Virus record (IMG/VR): IMGVR_UViG_3300022178_002149 | Location: 1-40,971 of that record | Source: a virus | Taxonomy: Duplodnaviria > Caudoviricetes | Reading direction: 5' to 3' (one strand) | DNA: 40,971 nucleotides | Shown: piece by piece, positions 10,253-19,107 of the stretch | Layout: the number at the start of each line of letters is the position of its first letter | Numbering within the stretch: position 1 is the first letter of the stretch | Made by a program: the position numbers and the translations under genes | The notes under the pieces: generated by a model | What the model was told of the DNA's origin: nothing | Database searches by the model: none | What the model saw: the letters and a program-made list of their open reading frames with translations, nothing else

Positions 10253-10465
10253 ATGGAAGACGTAACCGCGATTTACGCAATCCTTAAAAGATTGCGTGCG
10301 CGCAAAGAAAATTTAAAAGATGTAATTGCAGCAGGCTTGCCAAGTATGGAAGAGTATGTTAAAGCAGTAGGTGAGCACAAAGCTTACACAATAATGGAAC
10401 AGGAGATTCAAGACCTGCAGAAAGATGAGGATAACGATGACAGAAAAGGAACTGCCAAAGCGTAG
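10253..10465 (+). CDS. Hypothetical helical protein preceding groES
   Basis: 70-aa ORF, in line with the operon, with an EEY...VG motif. Confidence 0.7.
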   Translation: MEDVTAIYAILKRLRARKENLKDVIAAGLPSMEEYVKAVGEHKAYTIMEQEIQDLQKDEDNDDRKGTAKA

Positions 10466-10940
10466 ATTTGCTTTAGAAGAAAAAGATTTAGCTGTAGAAG
10501 CTGATGAAAATAATAAAAAAGCTGAAAAAAAAGAAAATCGTTTTCTTAAAAAGCTACAAGAAGATGCTACTGCTGATATAGAGCACTTACCAACCGATAA
10601 AGTATTAGAAAGATTGCCAGATCCAACTGGATGGCGTCTTTTAGTATTACCATACAAAGGTCAAGGTAAAACAAAAGGCGGTGTTATATTAACAGATCAA
10701 CATATGGAAGAGCGTGGCTATACAACAGTCACGGCTTTAGTTCTTAAAATGGGCCCAGACTGTTATAAAGATGAAAAGAGATATCCACATGGACCGTGGT
10801 GCAAGAAAGGTGATTGGATTATATTTGGTCGCTATGCTGGATCAAGGTTTGGGATAGAAGGTGGTGAAGTGAGAATACTTAACGAGGACGAGATAATTGC
10901 TGTGGTAAAAGACCCAGAGGATATCTTGCAATATAAATAA
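10437..10940 (+). CDS. groES: Co-chaperonin GroES (Cpn10) with N-terminal extension
   Basis: PTGWRLLV...KTKGGVIL...VLKMGP...KKGDWIIFGRYAG...RILNEDEIIAVV. The start was moved to ATG 10437 because of the GAGGA RBS. Confidence 0.9.
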   Translation: MTEKELPKRRFALEEKDLAVEADENNKKAEKKENRFLKKLQEDATADIEHLPTDKVLERLPDPTGWRLLVLPYKGQGKTKGGVILTDQHMEERGYTTVTALVLKMGPDCYKDEKRYPHGPWCKKGDWIIFGRYAGSRFGIEGGEVRILNEDEIIAVVKDPEDILQYK

Positions 10941-10953
10941 ACAGGAGTAAAAT

Positions 10954-11886
10954 ATGCCTGCAATAGAAACGCAAGCCGAAGCTGATGAAAAGATGGTTGA
11001 TTTACCATCGACTGGCTCATCTGTAGATGTCAAATTAGATGATACAGATGTAAAAGTTAACAAAGAAGACGATGTTGAAGTAGTCAACGAATCTAAAGAA
11101 GTTGTAGTTGAGAAAACAGCTTCTGAAGGTGAAATGGAAGATTATGGAAAAAAAGTACAATCCCGTATAGACAAACTAACTAAAAAAGTCAGAGAAGCTG
11201 AAAGACGTGAAGCTGCAGCTGTTGAATTTGCACAAGGCGTTCAACACGAAGCTAATAATTTAAAAGGTCGTGTAAGTAATTTAGACCGTGGTTACATAGC
11301 TGAATATGAGCAACGTGTAAAAGCTGAAACTGAAGATACTAAAGCTAAATTAAAATCTGCTATGGATAATGGAGATTCTGACGGTGTAATCGCAGCACAG
11401 CAAGATTTAGCAAGATTGGCTGTAGAAGCAGAAAGAGCTAAAGCTACTATTGCTCAAAGACAAAGAATGGCAAAAGCTGCTCAAAGTCCAGCTGCAGATC
11501 AATATCAGCAACCAAATCAACAACCACAATATCAACCACCTCCTCCTGCACCAGATCCTGCAGCAGAAGATTGGGCTGAAAAAAATGAATGGTTTGGTAA
11601 AGATGAACCAATGACGCTAACAGCATTTTCTATTCACCGTAATTTGATAGAAGAAGGTGTTGACCCATCTTCAAATTCATACTATAGTGAACTAGACATA
11701 AGATTGAGGAAAAATTTTCCTCATAAATTTGAACAACAAGTTTCGCCTACTCAAACGGTTGCTTCTGCAAACAGAGGTGGTCCTGTAAGGCGCAAAGGCA
11801 CTGTGAGACTCACACCCTCACAAGTAGCTATAGCTAAAAAACTAGGTGTGCCACTAAGCGAATATGCGAAGTACGTGAAGGAGTAA
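10954..11886 (+). CDS. Putative capsid scaffolding protein
   Basis: Acidic N-terminus, long coiled coil, Q/P linker, WAEKNEWFG and C-terminal LT..Q.AIAKKLGVPL.EYAK; located upstream of the capsid genes. Confidence 0.7.
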   Translation: MPAIETQAEADEKMVDLPSTGSSVDVKLDDTDVKVNKEDDVEVVNESKEVVVEKTASEGEMEDYGKKVQSRIDKLTKKVREAERREAAAVEFAQGVQHEANNLKGRVSNLDRGYIAEYEQRVKAETEDTKAKLKSAMDNGDSDGVIAAQQDLARLAVEAERAKATIAQRQRMAKAAQSPAADQYQQPNQQPQYQPPPPAPDPAAEDWAEKNEWFGKDEPMTLTAFSIHRNLIEEGVDPSSNSYYSELDIRLRKNFPHKFEQQVSPTQTVASANRGGPVRRKGTVRLTPSQVAIAKKLGVPLSEYAKYVKE

Positions 11887-11891
11887 TGCAT

Positions 11892-12359
11892 ATGAATACA
11901 ATTAAAAAAGATAAATTACCATCACGCGAGACTGAAACCAGAGAGAAAACTTCTCGAAGGAAACCGTGGTCTCCACCATCACAACTAGACGCACCACCTG
12001 CACCTGCTGGATTTAAACACAGATGGGTAAGGGCCGAGTCTGTAGGACAGCAAGATCAAAAAAATGTTTCTGCTAAACTACGAGAAGGTTGGGAATTTGT
12101 TCGTGCAGACGAATACGATACCAACATTTGGCCACAAATTGATTCAGGTAAATATGAAGGTGTTATAGCTGTTGGAGGTTTAATGCTAGCAAGGATTCCG
12201 CTAGAGACTGTTAAAGAACGTGCACAACATTTTGCGCGAGTAACGCAAGATAAAGATGATGCGATCGCTAACGATCCTCTAAAGGACCAACATCCTAGTA
12301 TGCCTGTTTCGAGAGAAAGCAGGTCGCAAGTTAGTTTTGGTGGCAAAAAATCTAGTTAG
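11892..12359 (+). CDS. Conserved head-module hypothetical protein
   Basis: PW.PP..L.APP...GFKHRWVR...LREGWE.V...GGLMLARIP. RBS AAGGAG spacing favours ATG 11892. Confidence 0.75.
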   Translation: MNTIKKDKLPSRETETREKTSRRKPWSPPSQLDAPPAPAGFKHRWVRAESVGQQDQKNVSAKLREGWEFVRADEYDTNIWPQIDSGKYEGVIAVGGLMLARIPLETVKERAQHFARVTQDKDDAIANDPLKDQHPSMPVSRESRSQVSFGGKKSS

Positions 12360-12384
12360 ATTTTAACCCCCTAAATTACAATTT

Positions 12385-12409
12385 TACTTTATCCATTAGG
12401 GATGAAGTA
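12385..12409 (+). promoter_or_regulatory. Intergenic hairpin with ATTAG loop
   Basis: TACTTTATCC-ATTAG-GGATGAAGTA: 10-bp stem with one G-U pair, no U-tract. Confidence 0.5.
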
Positions 12410-12435
12410 TAACAATTTACTGTGAGGAAAAAATC

Positions 12436-13008
12436 ATGGCTAATAAAGATGCGCCATTTGGTTTTAGACCTGTAGGAAAACTTGGAAGTGACATTAATAA
12501 TTCTGGAACTTCTAAGTATAAAATCGTTGCAGGCGAATCAGACGTTATTTTCAAAGGTGACGTTGTACAATTAGAAACTTCTGGTTGTATAACTGTTAGT
12601 GGTAATACTACTACTACAAACATCGGAGTTTTTAACGGTTGTTTCTACAACGATCCAACTACACAAAAACCAACATGGTCAAATTATTACCCGGGTAGCA
12701 TTACGCCTACTGTGGGTGAAATAGACGCGTTCGTTTATGATGATCCAAACATGCTCTTCGAAGTTCAAGCTAATGCAACCATAGCACAAACAGCAGTTGG
12801 AGATAACTGCGATCAAGTTTATGCTGCTGGTTCTACTATCAATGGACAGTCTAAATCTGAACTAGGCGCCGTCGCTGGCGGTACAGCTCAATTTAGAGTA
12901 GTGAGAATCTGCGAAGACCCAGATAACAGTGACATTGCAAGTGCAAATTCAAATTGGATCGTAAGATTCAACGAGCATCTGTACTACAATAACGCTGCTG
13001 GAATTTAA
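12436..13008 (+). CDS. Putative capsid decoration / minor capsid protein
   Basis: MAN.DAPFGFRPV...IF.GD.V...GVF.GC.Y.DP...VYDDP; beta-rich; immediately upstream of the MCP. Confidence 0.65.
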   Translation: MANKDAPFGFRPVGKLGSDINNSGTSKYKIVAGESDVIFKGDVVQLETSGCITVSGNTTTTNIGVFNGCFYNDPTTQKPTWSNYYPGSITPTVGEIDAFVYDDPNMLFEVQANATIAQTAVGDNCDQVYAAGSTINGQSKSELGAVAGGTAQFRVVRICEDPDNSDIASANSNWIVRFNEHLYYNNAAGI

Positions 13009-13028
13009 CCTATAGGAGATATTGAACA

Positions 13029-13934
13029 ATGGTAATTTCAAGAATGCAATTGGTCAAGGAACTCGAACCAGGGTTAAATGCACTGTTCGGGTTGGAATAC
13101 GACCGATACGAAAATCAAGACAAAGAAATATTCGATTCAGAATCATCTGATCGTGCTTTCGAAGAAGAAGTAATGCTCGGCGGTTTCGCCAATGCAGCTG
13201 TAAAGCCGGAAGGCCAAGGTGTGACTTATGAAGACGCACAAGAAACTTACACTGCTAGGTACACTAACGAGACTATTGCTTTAGCTTTTGCACTGACAGA
13301 AGAAGCTGTAGAGGATAATCTTTACGATAAACTTAGCACTCGCTATACTAAAGCATTAGCGCGTTCTATGGCTAACACTAAACAAGTTAAAGCTGCAAAC
13401 ATTCTTAACAGAGCGTTTAATGCTTCTTTTCTTGGTGGGGATGCAAAGGAGCTTTGTGCTACTGACCACCCAACTCTTAGTGGAAACCAAAAGAACGAGC
13501 TTACAACTGCAGCTGACTTAAACGAAACTTCGCTTGAGCAGATGTTAATTGATATTGCTGATATGAAGGATGAAAGAGGATTAAAGATTGCTCTTAGAGG
13601 CATGAAAATGATCATTCCAGTAAACCTTCAGTTTGTAGCTGAGAGACTAATGAAATCTGCCGGTAGAGTAGGCACTGCTGATAATGATATCAACGCAATC
13701 AAAAACATGGGAATGGTACCAGAAGGATATGTTGTAAACAACTTCCTTACTGATACTGATGCGTTCTTCATTAAAACAGATGCACCTAATGGACTTAAAC
13801 ACTTTGTGAGAGCTCCAATTAGAACTGCTATGGAAGGCGATTTTGATACTGGAAACGTTAGATACAAAGCCAGAGAAAGATACAGCTACGGCTGGTCTGA
13901 CTGGAGAGGTATCTTTGGTTCACCAGGAGCTTAA
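13029..13934 (+). CDS. Major capsid protein (Mu gpT-like, HK97 fold)
   Basis: ISR.QL.KELEPGLNALFG.EY, S.RAFEE, TEEAVEDNLY, ALARSMA.TK, FDTGN.RYKARERYS.GWSDWRG..GSPGA; strong RBS. Confidence 0.92.
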   Translation: MVISRMQLVKELEPGLNALFGLEYDRYENQDKEIFDSESSDRAFEEEVMLGGFANAAVKPEGQGVTYEDAQETYTARYTNETIALAFALTEEAVEDNLYDKLSTRYTKALARSMANTKQVKAANILNRAFNASFLGGDAKELCATDHPTLSGNQKNELTTAADLNETSLEQMLIDIADMKDERGLKIALRGMKMIIPVNLQFVAERLMKSAGRVGTADNDINAIKNMGMVPEGYVVNNFLTDTDAFFIKTDAPNGLKHFVRAPIRTAMEGDFDTGNVRYKARERYSYGWSDWRGIFGSPGA

Positions 13935-13941
13935 TGATCTT

Positions 13942-13970
13942 TAAAGGGGCGAAATTAGTTCGCCCCTTTA
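13942..13970 (+). terminator. Strong hairpin after the MCP (terminator-like / mRNA stabiliser)
   Basis: TAAAGGGGCGAA-ATTAG-TTCGCCCCTTTA: perfect 12-bp inverted repeat with only a short U-run. Confidence 0.7.
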
Positions 13971-14045
13971 TCCTAGTAAACGGTTACCGAGGCTGGCTAG
14001 GCAGTACAGTATAGTGACGAGGTAACTAAAGCCCTATACAGGCAA
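13971..14045 (+). ncRNA. Structured RNA downstream of the MCP, candidate Mu-gpT-DE-type motif
   Basis: Pairings 13982-88/14021-27, 13992-95/14002-05 and 14031-33/14041-43, plus pseudoknots 13972-77/13996-14001 and 14009-14/14034-39. Its position after a gpT-like gene matches the described Mu-gpT-DE context. Confidence 0.6.
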
Positions 14046-14056
14046 GGAGTATAACA

Positions 14057-14797
14057 ATGGCTACACATTTTAAAGGCCCAGTACTATTCTCAAATGCATC
14101 TGCATTTGAAAACTTAAAAATGTCTATGTGGCCCGATCAATTCACCTATATGGATGATTTTGAACAGGGTGCGTTAGACACAACACACAATTGGACTATC
14201 GTAAAAGATACAGGTGCATCAGCAGCAATTGCAGCGGATGGCACAGGCGGTGAAGTAAATTTAACTTCAGCAGCTACTACTGATAACGATGGTGCATCAA
14301 TTCAAGCTAAACAAGAATCATTTGCTTTACCAACTACTGCAGGTGATAAACTTTATTTTGAAACTAGAGCAAAAATATCAGATGCTACACAAACTGATTT
14401 CTTAATTGGTTTTACAGAAGCATTTACTACGAATCCAGAAAGCGCTTTGTTATCACAAAACGTTATTGGTTTTGTAAAAGATGATGGATCGGCTATCGTA
14501 AAAGGTACTACTGAATCTGGTGGAACTCAAACTTTAGTAGAGTTTGCTGATACTACAAAATCAACAATGGAAAATGACACTTATGTAACTTTAGGACTTG
14601 TTGCTACAAAAGGAACAACCTTAAACAAAGTTCAATTTTACATAAACAGAAATTTAGTTGGTACTTCTACTACTAACATTCCAACAGCTAACATGAAAGT
14701 GATGGCTATGAGTGTTTCTGGTGATGCTACTGGAACTAAAGTCACTACAATTGACTACATTATGGCTGCGCAAAACAGAAACGTAAGCTATAGTTAA
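14057..14797 (+). CDS. Virion structural protein (beta-sandwich, possible capsid-surface protein)
   Basis: Begins MATHFKGPV; T/A/G-rich beta protein ending IDYIMAAQNR; follows the MCP. Confidence 0.6.
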   Translation: MATHFKGPVLFSNASAFENLKMSMWPDQFTYMDDFEQGALDTTHNWTIVKDTGASAAIAADGTGGEVNLTSAATTDNDGASIQAKQESFALPTTAGDKLYFETRAKISDATQTDFLIGFTEAFTTNPESALLSQNVIGFVKDDGSAIVKGTTESGGTQTLVEFADTTKSTMENDTYVTLGLVATKGTTLNKVQFYINRNLVGTSTTNIPTANMKVMAMSVSGDATGTKVTTIDYIMAAQNRNVSYS

Positions 14798-14811
14798 ACA
14801 AATATAACCGT

Positions 14812-14838
14812 AGGTGGGGAGTAATGGCCCCACCTTTG
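14812..14838 (+). terminator. Hairpin, possible weak terminator
   Basis: AGGTGGGG-AGTAATGG-CCCCACCT followed by TTG. Confidence 0.55.
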
Positions 14839-14857
14839 TACAAGGGGAATTAATAAA

Positions 14858-15268
14858 ATGGTAGATACCGTAACAACAAGAACATTATTTGACGGAGACA
14901 GAAAACTTATTACAAGTTATGTAAACGTCTCTGACGGAACAGGTGGAACAACAAAAATAGTAGATGTTTCAACTTTAACAACTAACAATCAAGGACAGAC
15001 TTGCACAACAGTTACACTAAATAAAGTTTGGTTTAACGTTTCAGCAGGAGTAACTGCTCCCGTGCAACTTCAATGGGATTTAACATCAGGAACTCAAACA
15101 CCTTTACTATCTTTAAATTATGATGATACATATGATTTTAGTACTATAGGAGGCTTAGGTAATCCAAAAGAAACCAACTATTCAGGTGACATTGATGTAG
15201 TTGTTCCAGGCGCAGCTAGTAGTGGTGAAACATACACTTTAATTTGCGAATGGATTAAAAACTACTAG
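14858..15268 (+). CDS. Hypothetical structural protein
   Basis: 136 aa, beta-rich; SDGTG...VDVS.L, DFS..GG, GDI, Y..I.E..K.Y. Confidence 0.65.
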   Translation: MVDTVTTRTLFDGDRKLITSYVNVSDGTGGTTKIVDVSTLTTNNQGQTCTTVTLNKVWFNVSAGVTAPVQLQWDLTSGTQTPLLSLNYDDTYDFSTIGGLGNPKETNYSGDIDVVVPGAASSGETYTLICEWIKNY

Positions 15269-15276
15269 GAGGTTAG

Positions 15277-16026
15277 ATGGCTTATTCTAATACATATAAT
15301 TTTAAGTTAAATGTAGAAGAAGCTATTGAAGAAGCATTTGAAAGATGTGGACTTCAAGTTCTAGGCGGTGGTGATTTAAAAACGGCAAGGCGTTCACTTA
15401 ATATTATGTTAAGTGAATGGTCGAACCGTGGATTAAACTTATGGACTATTGATTATAATTTTTTAACAATGGTGCCAGGTCAAAATTATTATGGTATACC
15501 AGTAGATGTTTTAGATATTCTAGATGCTACTGTGACTACTACAGCAGAAGGAACAGGTAATTTAGAAGGTGACAGTCAAACAACTGATGTAACAATTACT
15601 AAAATTTCACAAACAGATTACATGAATCTTTCTCGTAAAGAACAAAATTCTGCAGGAGATGCAAGACCTACACAGTTTTGTATGATACCTGGTCAAGTTA
15701 TTACTAACGGAAGTAGTAACAGTGGAAGACCACAATTTGATATGACACTGTTTTTATACCCAAGCCCTAACATAGCTTATAAATTTAAATATTTTTATAT
15801 AAGAAGAGTGCAAGATGCAGGTGTTTATACTAATGATTTAGATGTACCTTTTAATTTTATACCTTGTTTAACAGCAGGTTTAGCGTATTATATTGCAATT
15901 AAACGTGCACCAGCAATGGTACCAATGTTAAAACAAATATACGACGAAGAATTTGGACGTGCATCCGATACTGATAGGGAAAGAGTAGCTTTCCAAGTTA
16001 ATCCTGCACAAGCATACATACCATAG
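15277..16026 (+). CDS. Putative head-tail adaptor / tail tubular A-like protein
   Basis: IEEAFERCG, TARRSLN...EW.NRGLNLWT, RPTQF, LYP.P, GLAYY.A.K, Y.EEF.RA...D. Confidence 0.7.
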   Translation: MAYSNTYNFKLNVEEAIEEAFERCGLQVLGGGDLKTARRSLNIMLSEWSNRGLNLWTIDYNFLTMVPGQNYYGIPVDVLDILDATVTTTAEGTGNLEGDSQTTDVTITKISQTDYMNLSRKEQNSAGDARPTQFCMIPGQVITNGSSNSGRPQFDMTLFLYPSPNIAYKFKYFYIRRVQDAGVYTNDLDVPFNFIPCLTAGLAYYIAIKRAPAMVPMLKQIYDEEFGRASDTDRERVAFQVNPAQAYIP

Positions 16027-16034
16027 GAGGTAAT

Positions 16035-16142
16035 ATGCCATGTAAAAATTGTGATCACGAGTGTCATTGTAGTAACGGTGGTTCGTGCTGCGGTGGTCAA
16101 TGTACTTGCGGTAACTGTGAATGTCAAAAGGAGGACAAATGA
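16035..16142 (+). CDS. Metallothionein-like Cys-rich peptide (35 aa; not in ORF track)
   Basis: RBS AGGAGG at 16025-30. Translates as MPCKNCDHECHCSNGGSCCGGQCTCGNCECQKEDK (10 Cys, 2 His). The stop overlaps the next ATG (ATGA). Confidence 0.75.
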   Translation: MPCKNCDHECHCSNGGSCCGGQCTCGNCECQKEDK

Positions 16143-16396
16143 GTAACAGAATATATAACACACAAACAACTAATACTAGAGAAGCTTCTAGTAAAAAAAT
16201 AGGTCATTATGGCAGAGGTCAAAATGATGCACCTGCACCTGTAAAAGCTGCAGTAGTTACTACTAAAGGTAATGCACCATCTAGTATGGGAAAAGAATCT
16301 GGAGGTACACCATTTAAATGTGCTGAAGGAAATATAAGTGGCACTGCTCAAGGAATGGGCGCTGCTAAAAAAGGTGGAAAGTATACTTGGATTTAA
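16139..16396 (+). CDS. Small basic/Gly-rich protein ending GMGAAKKGGKY
   Basis: RBS AAGGAGG supports ATG 16139 rather than 16121. Confidence 0.7.
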   Translation: MSNRIYNTQTTNTREASSKKIGHYGRGQNDAPAPVKAAVVTTKGNAPSSMGKESGGTPFKCAEGNISGTAQGMGAAKKGGKYTWI

Positions 16397-16885
16397 ATGA
16401 CATACGCTAAAGGAAAATACGCTTTATTTATTTCTGACCGTAGTGGATTGCAATTTCCCTACACAGAAATGGTAACAGAATGGAATGGTGCAAAAGTTCA
16501 CACAAGTGAATACGAAAAAAAAGCTCCACAAATTCAACCACAAATTCATATGCCTGATCCACAGGCGTTACAATGGGCAAGACCTGCACGCACTGCACCT
16601 CCAACAACTAATTTGTTACCACTTAACGCGTTTAGACATGAACCAAGTGTATCTTACATAAAAGTTTATGAACCTGGAAATAATAGATCAACAGGAGATA
16701 CGGTTAGATTTAGGGACGTGCAAGACGAACAGTTTGGTGTTGATTTAAATCAAGCTACTGGTTTTACTATAACTGTAATAGATGAAGATTTTTATAGTAT
16801 TCCTACTGGATTAGCTCATGCTGATCCAACAATTGTAGGTGGAGGAGGACAGGCATTTGCAGGGCCAGTTACATTATCAGCATGA
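16397..16885 (+). CDS. Hypothetical virion protein
   Basis: YA.GKYA..ISDRSG..FPY.EM..EWNG..VH.SEYE...PQ, followed by a small beta domain (GD.VRFR). Confidence 0.7.
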   Translation: MTYAKGKYALFISDRSGLQFPYTEMVTEWNGAKVHTSEYEKKAPQIQPQIHMPDPQALQWARPARTAPPTTNLLPLNAFRHEPSVSYIKVYEPGNNRSTGDTVRFRDVQDEQFGVDLNQATGFTITVIDEDFYSIPTGLAHADPTIVGGGGQAFAGPVTLSA

Positions 16886-17604
16886 CAACATATACTGAAT
16901 TAGTTACACAAATAAGAGATTACACAGAAACAGATTCTAATGTTTTAACAGATACTATTGTTGATGATTTTATTGAACATACAGAAAATAGAATATTAAG
17001 AGAGCTTAATATACCAGCTTTTGTTTCCCATCAATTTGCTAACTTTACAGCAAGTAACCCTTTTTTAAGTTTACCAGGCGGAGCTGGTCCAACGCCAGTT
17101 TTGTTTGCTACAATTAACAGTCTAATGATTTATTCTGCTGCTGGTACAGGGGATAGAACATTCTTAGAACGAAAAGATGTAAGCTTTATGAATGAATATT
17201 GGCCGGATAGAGCAGACACTGGAACACCAAAATATTATTCACAATGGGATGATAATACTGTATACGTAGTTCCAACGCCAGATGCTGCTTATACTGTAGA
17301 ATTAAGTATGTCTAAATTACCAGACAGGCTTAATGCTAGCACTACAAGCACTTGGTTAAGTAATAACACACCTACTTTATTATTGTATGGTTGTCTTATT
17401 GAAGCCTTTAAATATTTAAAGGGTCCAGCAGAAATGCTGCAAATGTACGAACAATCGTATGGTACTTCATTACAAGAAGTAGCTGCGCAATACATGGGTA
17501 TGGGTAAAAGAGATGCATATCAGTCTGGAGTTATTAGAATTCCAAGACCATCATTTCAACCTGGACTCGGCTCAATTAAATCAAATCAAGGAGGACCACA
17601 ATAA
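16882..17604 (+). CDS. Second head-tail adaptor-like protein
   Basis: TY.EL...I.DYTE, FI...E.RI.R, GTPKYY, PTPD..Y, LLLYGCL.EA..YLK. Confidence 0.7.
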   Translation: MTTYTELVTQIRDYTETDSNVLTDTIVDDFIEHTENRILRELNIPAFVSHQFANFTASNPFLSLPGGAGPTPVLFATINSLMIYSAAGTGDRTFLERKDVSFMNEYWPDRADTGTPKYYSQWDDNTVYVVPTPDAAYTVELSMSKLPDRLNASTTSTWLSNNTPTLLLYGCLIEAFKYLKGPAEMLQMYEQSYGTSLQEVAAQYMGMGKRDAYQSGVIRIPRPSFQPGLGSIKSNQGGPQ

Positions 17605-18083
17605 TGGCAATAGGAGCATCAGCGGTCTGTAACAGTTTTAAATCAGAAGTGTTGCAAGCCCTACATAACTTTACGATAGCAGGCGGTGGAGGTGACACAT
17701 TTAAATTAGCAATGTTTACTAACTCTTCTAGTATATCGGCATCAACAACAGCATACACTGCACCGACAGATCCGGCAGCAGATCCAACAAGCACACACGA
17801 AATTAGTACAACTGGTACAGGTTACACACCAGCAGGCGGAAAAACATTAACAAATGTTACACCAACTGTAGATGGAACAGTAGGTATTACAGATTTTTCT
17901 GCTGATGTTTCTTGGACAAGTGCTACAATTACTGCGCGTGGAGCATTAATTTATAATGACACAAACGGAGATAGAGCAGTTATGGTATTGAATTTTGGTG
18001 GAGACAAAACAGCAACAGCTGGAACTTTCACTATTTCTTTTCCAAGCCCTGCAGCAGCAACAGCTATTTTACAATTAGCATAG
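17604..18083 (+). CDS. Tail structural protein
   Basis: CNSFK.E.L...HNF, FKLA.F, GY..GG..L, TARGALIYN, VL.FG.DKT.T.GTFTI.FP. Confidence 0.65.
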   Translation: MAIGASAVCNSFKSEVLQALHNFTIAGGGGDTFKLAMFTNSSSISASTTAYTAPTDPAADPTSTHEISTTGTGYTPAGGKTLTNVTPTVDGTVGITDFSADVSWTSATITARGALIYNDTNGDRAVMVLNFGGDKTATAGTFTISFPSPAAATAILQLA

Positions 18084-18090
18084 GATAACT

Positions 18091-18756
18091 ATGGTATTTA
18101 AAGTTAATGATAGAGTAAAAGAAACCACAACTACGACTGGTACAGGTGCGGTAGCACTTGGAGGTACGTCAACTGGTTTTGATACTTTTGCTACTGGTAT
18201 TGGTAATAGCAATACTACTTACTATACTATCGCTCATCAAACAGCCGATGAATGGGAAGTAGGATTAGGTACACTTGATGGATCTAGTGCTAATTTAACA
18301 AGAACAACTGTTTTTACTAATTCAAACGGTAATACTAGTCAGGTTAATTTTGCTGCAGGAACTAAAGATGTATTTGTTACTCAACCTGCAAGTAAAATTA
18401 TGGAAGAAATTTTAACTACTCAAGGTGATGTTTTGTATGCGTCCTCAGCAAATACACCAGCAAGATTAGCTAAAGGATCCGCCAACCAAGTATTAGCAAT
18501 GAATGCAGGAGCGACTGCACCCGAATGGCAATCACCTACAACAGGTGATATAACTGCTGTAACAGCAGGAACAGGATTATCAGGTGGTGGTTCATCTGGA
18601 GATGTTACAGTTAACTTAGCAAACACGGCTGTCACGGCAGCATCATACACAAATGCTAGTCTAACAGTAAACGCTCAAGGACAATTAACCGCGGCATCAT
18701 CAGGAAGCGCTGGTGCATCGGCTGGCTTTGCCATTGCAATGGCCGTGGCCCTCTGA
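18091..18756 (+). CDS. Tail fibre proximal protein
   Basis: DRVKETTTTTGTG, WEVGLGT, F.AGTKDVFVT.PA and fibre-like repeats; ends in hydrophobic GFAIAMAVAL. Confidence 0.65.
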   Translation: MVFKVNDRVKETTTTTGTGAVALGGTSTGFDTFATGIGNSNTTYYTIAHQTADEWEVGLGTLDGSSANLTRTTVFTNSNGNTSQVNFAAGTKDVFVTQPASKIMEEILTTQGDVLYASSANTPARLAKGSANQVLAMNAGATAPEWQSPTTGDITAVTAGTGLSGGGSSGDVTVNLANTAVTAASYTNASLTVNAQGQLTAASSGSAGASAGFAIAMAVAL

Positions 18757-18770
18757 TATAAGGATAATAT

Positions 18771-19097
18771 ATGGCACAAAATTTTAGAAGATATACATCA
18801 AACGCAGTAGGAACAAGTCCAGCAACTTTAGTCACAGCTAACTCTTATGATACCATTGTTGGTATTTCTGTATCAAATATTGTAGGATCTACAATTCTTG
18901 CAGATGTCTACATTAATGATGGAAGTAATGATATTTATTTAGTGAAATCAGCGCCCATCCCTAGCGGTGGTGCTTTACAAATATTAGCCGGCGGTGCAAA
19001 ATTTGTTATGCAAGCCAGTGATGTTTTAAAAGTTAAATCAGATACAGCTTCTTCCGCAGATGTGTGGGTTTCAGCAGTTGACGATATAAGTACATAA
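18771..19097 (+). CDS. Small beta-sandwich tail-fibre adaptor-like protein
   Basis: 108 aa; resembles 29417-29752; follows the AIAMAVAL-ending gene. Confidence 0.6.
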   Translation: MAQNFRRYTSNAVGTSPATLVTANSYDTIVGISVSNIVGSTILADVYINDGSNDIYLVKSAPIPSGGALQILAGGAKFVMQASDVLKVKSDTASSADVWVSAVDDIST

Positions 19098-19107
19098 GGA
19101 GGATTAA

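Noticed and set aside
10074-10265. Alternative-frame + strand ORFs (10074, and also 24201)
   Set aside because: Nested in better-supported genes, no RBS and no clear slippery site to suggest a programmed frameshift.
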